Shown here in pieces: positions 61,669 to 64,000 of a DNA stretch of 64,000 bases. Each line of letters starts with the position of its first letter. The stretch's first letter is position 1. The position numbers and the translations under genes were made by a program. The DNA comes from Sedimentisphaerales bacterium. GTDB lineage: Bacteria; Planctomycetota; Phycisphaerae; Sedimentisphaerales; SM23-30. Location of the stretch: assembly GCA_963663805.2 (NCBI GenBank), contig CAXXMR010000013.1, positions 224,001 to 288,000 on the forward strand, in the 5' to 3' direction. Below the pieces are notes generated by a model. That model saw nothing but the letters and a program-made list of their open reading frames with translations, was not told where the DNA came from and searched no databases.

Positions 61669-62832
61669 TTATCCCCTGATATGCTCATTTACATATTCGC
61701 GGGCCCAGTTATCGGCCTTTAGCAATTCATCTAAGTCTGGGTGGGCTAACCAGTTGTGTTCATCTAGGGATTTTTCAGTTAGTTCAGCGATTTCGGTTAA
61801 TTTTATTTGTCTGGCCAGGAATGCCTCGACGGCAGCTTCGTTGGCGGCGTTGAGGACGGCCCCTGCGGTTCCGCCGCGTTGGGCGACCTCAAAGCCCAGT
61901 CTCAGTGCTGGAAAACGCTTTAGGTCGGGTTTTTCAAAGTTCAGTGAGGTCAGCTGCTGAAGGTTGAGGCGGCGGTTGGGGCATTTGAGTCGCTTGGGGT
62001 AGGTCAGGGCGTATTGAATGGGCAGTCTCATGTCGGGGCTGGAAAGCTGGGCGATGACTGAACCGTCGCAAAACTCTACCAGAGAATGAATTATGGATTC
62101 CGGGTGGATTAGGACTTCGATAGCTTGGGCCGGGACGTCGAAGAGCCAGCGGGCTTCGATGATTTCGAGGGCCTTGTTCATGGTGGTGGCCGAATCAATG
62201 GTGATTTTTTGGCCCATGTCCCAGGTGGGATGGGCCAGGGCCTGTTCGACCGTAGCGTCGGCCATTTCCAAGAGGCTGGAACGACGGAAGGGACCGCCGG
62301 AGCAGGTGACGATGATTTTTTCGACCTCGTCGGGGCTGCCGCTGTGCATGGCCTGCAAGATGGCGGAATGTTCCGAATCGATAGGTAAAATCTTTGCCCC
62401 ACTGCGTTTAGCCAAGGGCATGAGTACGCAGCCAGCGACGACCAGTGACTCTTTATTGGCCAGGGCGATGGTCTTGCCCGCTTTGGTGGCGGCTTGTACG
62501 GCTTCGAGTGCATCCACTCCGACTACCGAAACGATGGTTGTGTCGCAATTCACATCGGTCGCGAGTTCACAGAGATGTTCTTTGCCAGCCAAGACCGTTG
62601 TGCGGGTGTCGGCGAGTGCTTCCTTGAGGGGTTTGTAGCAGGCGGTGTCGGTTATAACTACCTTTTCCAGGCTGTACTTACGGGCCTGCTGAGCCAGGGT
62701 TTTCCAGTTGGAGTGGGCGCTGGCGGATACAAATTCGTATTCCGGGCCCAGCGATTCGAGGACTTCTACGCTGTTAAGGCCGATGGAGCCGGTTGAGCCC
62801 AGGATGGAGATTCTTCTTTTATTTTCTGCCAT
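61669..62832 (-). CDS. dxr: 1-deoxy-D-xylulose 5-phosphate reductoisomerase
   Basis: ILGSTGSIG, LANKE, PIDSEH, HPTWDMG, KITIDSAT, NAANE. Confidence 0.98.
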   Translation of the reverse strand: MAENKRRISILGSTGSIGLNSVEVLESLGPEYEFVSASAHSNWKTLAQQARKYSLEKVVITDTACYKPLKEALADTRTTVLAGKEHLCELATDVNCDTTIVSVVGVDALEAVQAATKAGKTIALANKESLVVAGCVLMPLAKRSGAKILPIDSEHSAILQAMHSGSPDEVEKIIVTCSGGPFRRSSLLEMADATVEQALAHPTWDMGQKITIDSATTMNKALEIIEARWLFDVPAQAIEVLIHPESIIHSLVEFCDGSVIAQLSSPDMRLPIQYALTYPKRLKCPNRRLNLQQLTSLNFEKPDLKRFPALRLGFEVAQRGGTAGAVLNAANEAAVEAFLARQIKLTEIAELTEKSLDEHNWLAHPDLDELLKADNWAREYVNEHIRG

Positions 62833-63047
62833 TCTTGCATTTTAGTCGCAAAAACCCCGTCTGAAAAGTCTCAACTATCGCCTATTTTGACATTTGGGTG
62901 TTTTTAGGGAAGAATTGCGGTATGATTTTGGGTTGCCTGGCCTCTCTATAATGACAGGGCTGATGATATGTGTAGTGGTATAATTACCTGGCCGATAATA
63001 TAGTACGAGATAGTAATTAAGATTGATTTGCTGGTGGGGGCTGAAAG

Positions 63048-63899
63048 GTGGTTAATTTGAGTTTTCAGGACAGACCATACTATGGACCTGGGCGGGGCGG
63101 TTTTGGTGGCAGGGGCGGCGGAATGATGCCTCAGTTGGCTTTTCCGCCTCTGACACCGATGGTTAAATATCTCATTATCATAAATTGTGCGGTTTTTCTG
63201 CTTCAGGTGCTTGCCAAGGGCAGGATTGAGTATCTGTTTGCCGCTGAGGTGAACTCGAATCTGGGGATTTTGCAGGTCTGGCGGCTGGTGACTTTCCAGT
63301 TTCTGCACGGTAGTTTTGGTCATTTGTTTGCCAATATGCTGGGTTTGTACTTTTTTGGTACGGCGGTGGAGCGGACCTGGGGGTCGCGTCATTTTCTGCG
63401 TTTTTACCTGTTTTGCGGAGCGTTAGGAGGGGTATTGTACATGCTGGCGTGTACGTTCGGCTATCTTGGGCGGGGTGTGCCGCTGGTGGGTGCCTCCGGG
63501 GGCGTGCTGGGGGTTATGGTGGCTTGTGCGGTGATGTTTCCGCAAATCAAGGTGCTGCTGTTCTTTATTTTGCCGATTCCGATTCGGGTTCTGGTGGCTT
63601 TTATTACCTTCGGTTATGTTATTAATGTATTGCAGCGGGGCAATAACGCCGGTGGTGATTTGTGTCACCTGGGCGGTATGGCTACAGCCGTGGCGTGGAT
63701 TTTTCTTACGCCGGCCCTGAGTCGCATGACCGAAAAGCGGCAGGAAGGTGCCTATCAGCGTAAGCTCGACCAGGAACGCGCCCTGCAATATGAGGTTGAC
63801 CGGATTCTGGCCAAGGTGCATGAAAAGGGGATTCACAGTCTGACCCGCAAGGAAAAGCAAATTCTTCAACATGCGACTGAATCGCAGCGTCGAGGGTGA
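63048..63899 (+). CDS. Rhomboid-family intramembrane serine protease
   Basis: WRLVTFQFLH, HLFANM, GASG, HLGG; C-terminal VDRILAKVHEKGIHSLT. Confidence 0.92.
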   Translation: MVNLSFQDRPYYGPGRGGFGGRGGGMMPQLAFPPLTPMVKYLIIINCAVFLLQVLAKGRIEYLFAAEVNSNLGILQVWRLVTFQFLHGSFGHLFANMLGLYFFGTAVERTWGSRHFLRFYLFCGALGGVLYMLACTFGYLGRGVPLVGASGGVLGVMVACAVMFPQIKVLLFFILPIPIRVLVAFITFGYVINVLQRGNNAGGDLCHLGGMATAVAWIFLTPALSRMTEKRQEGAYQRKLDQERALQYEVDRILAKVHEKGIHSLTRKEKQILQHATESQRRG

Positions 63900-63932
63900 T
63901 GGTTTGGTTGTGGTTATTGTCAAAATCCACAC

Positions 63933-63960
63933 TTGACAGCGTGGGCGCATCCGGTAAACT
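63933..63960 (+). promoter_or_regulatory. Putative sigma70 promoter for a gene beyond the window
   Basis: TTGACA-16 nt-TAAACT. Confidence 0.5.
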
Positions 63961-64000
63961 AATGTGTCTGATTAGATACCAGCATTCGGCCTGTGTTTGT

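Overview
The window is bacterial and most consistent with an anaerobic planctomycete (Phycisphaerae/Sedimentisphaerales-like). That assignment is inferred from PEP-CTERM and dockerin-like surface proteins, a sulfatase and protein style; no search was run. Bases 1 to ~18190 are the right-hand part of an integrative element inserted at the 3' end of tRNA-Phe(GAA), with a tyrosine integrase, an excisionase-like HTH, a radical SAM gene and an ArdC-like antirestriction gene. Its cargo is a NACHT-HEAT (NLR-like) gene that the ORF track misses and an unusual ~10 kb co-oriented operon. In order, that operon encodes a wHTH regulator, a DUF669-like protein, a Zn-finger protein, a HerA/VirD4-like ATPase fused to wHTH + PD-(D/E)XK, small membrane proteins, a vWA-TM-FHA receptor, a 945-aa tubulin/FtsZ-like coiled-coil protein, a ThiF/E1-like enzyme and a PC4-like protein. 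This operon is the best candidate for an undescribed system. The rest is host chromosome: a PEP-CTERM cluster, murA-prmC, envelope genes, a marR-ablA-(IS701)-symporter-ablB osmolyte operon, trpBA, rplU, lptB-cdaA, fliM, a B12/iron ABC pair, a GH94-like gene, thrS-infC-rpmI-rplT-pheS, melA/araC, a histidine kinase, dxr-rseP and a rhomboid. A Thr-rich leader peptide (MFTRTTTA) inside a structured leader precedes thrS. Many genes, including essential ones, carry homopolymer frameshifts that are most likely long-read errors, so several genes were reconstructed by hand.
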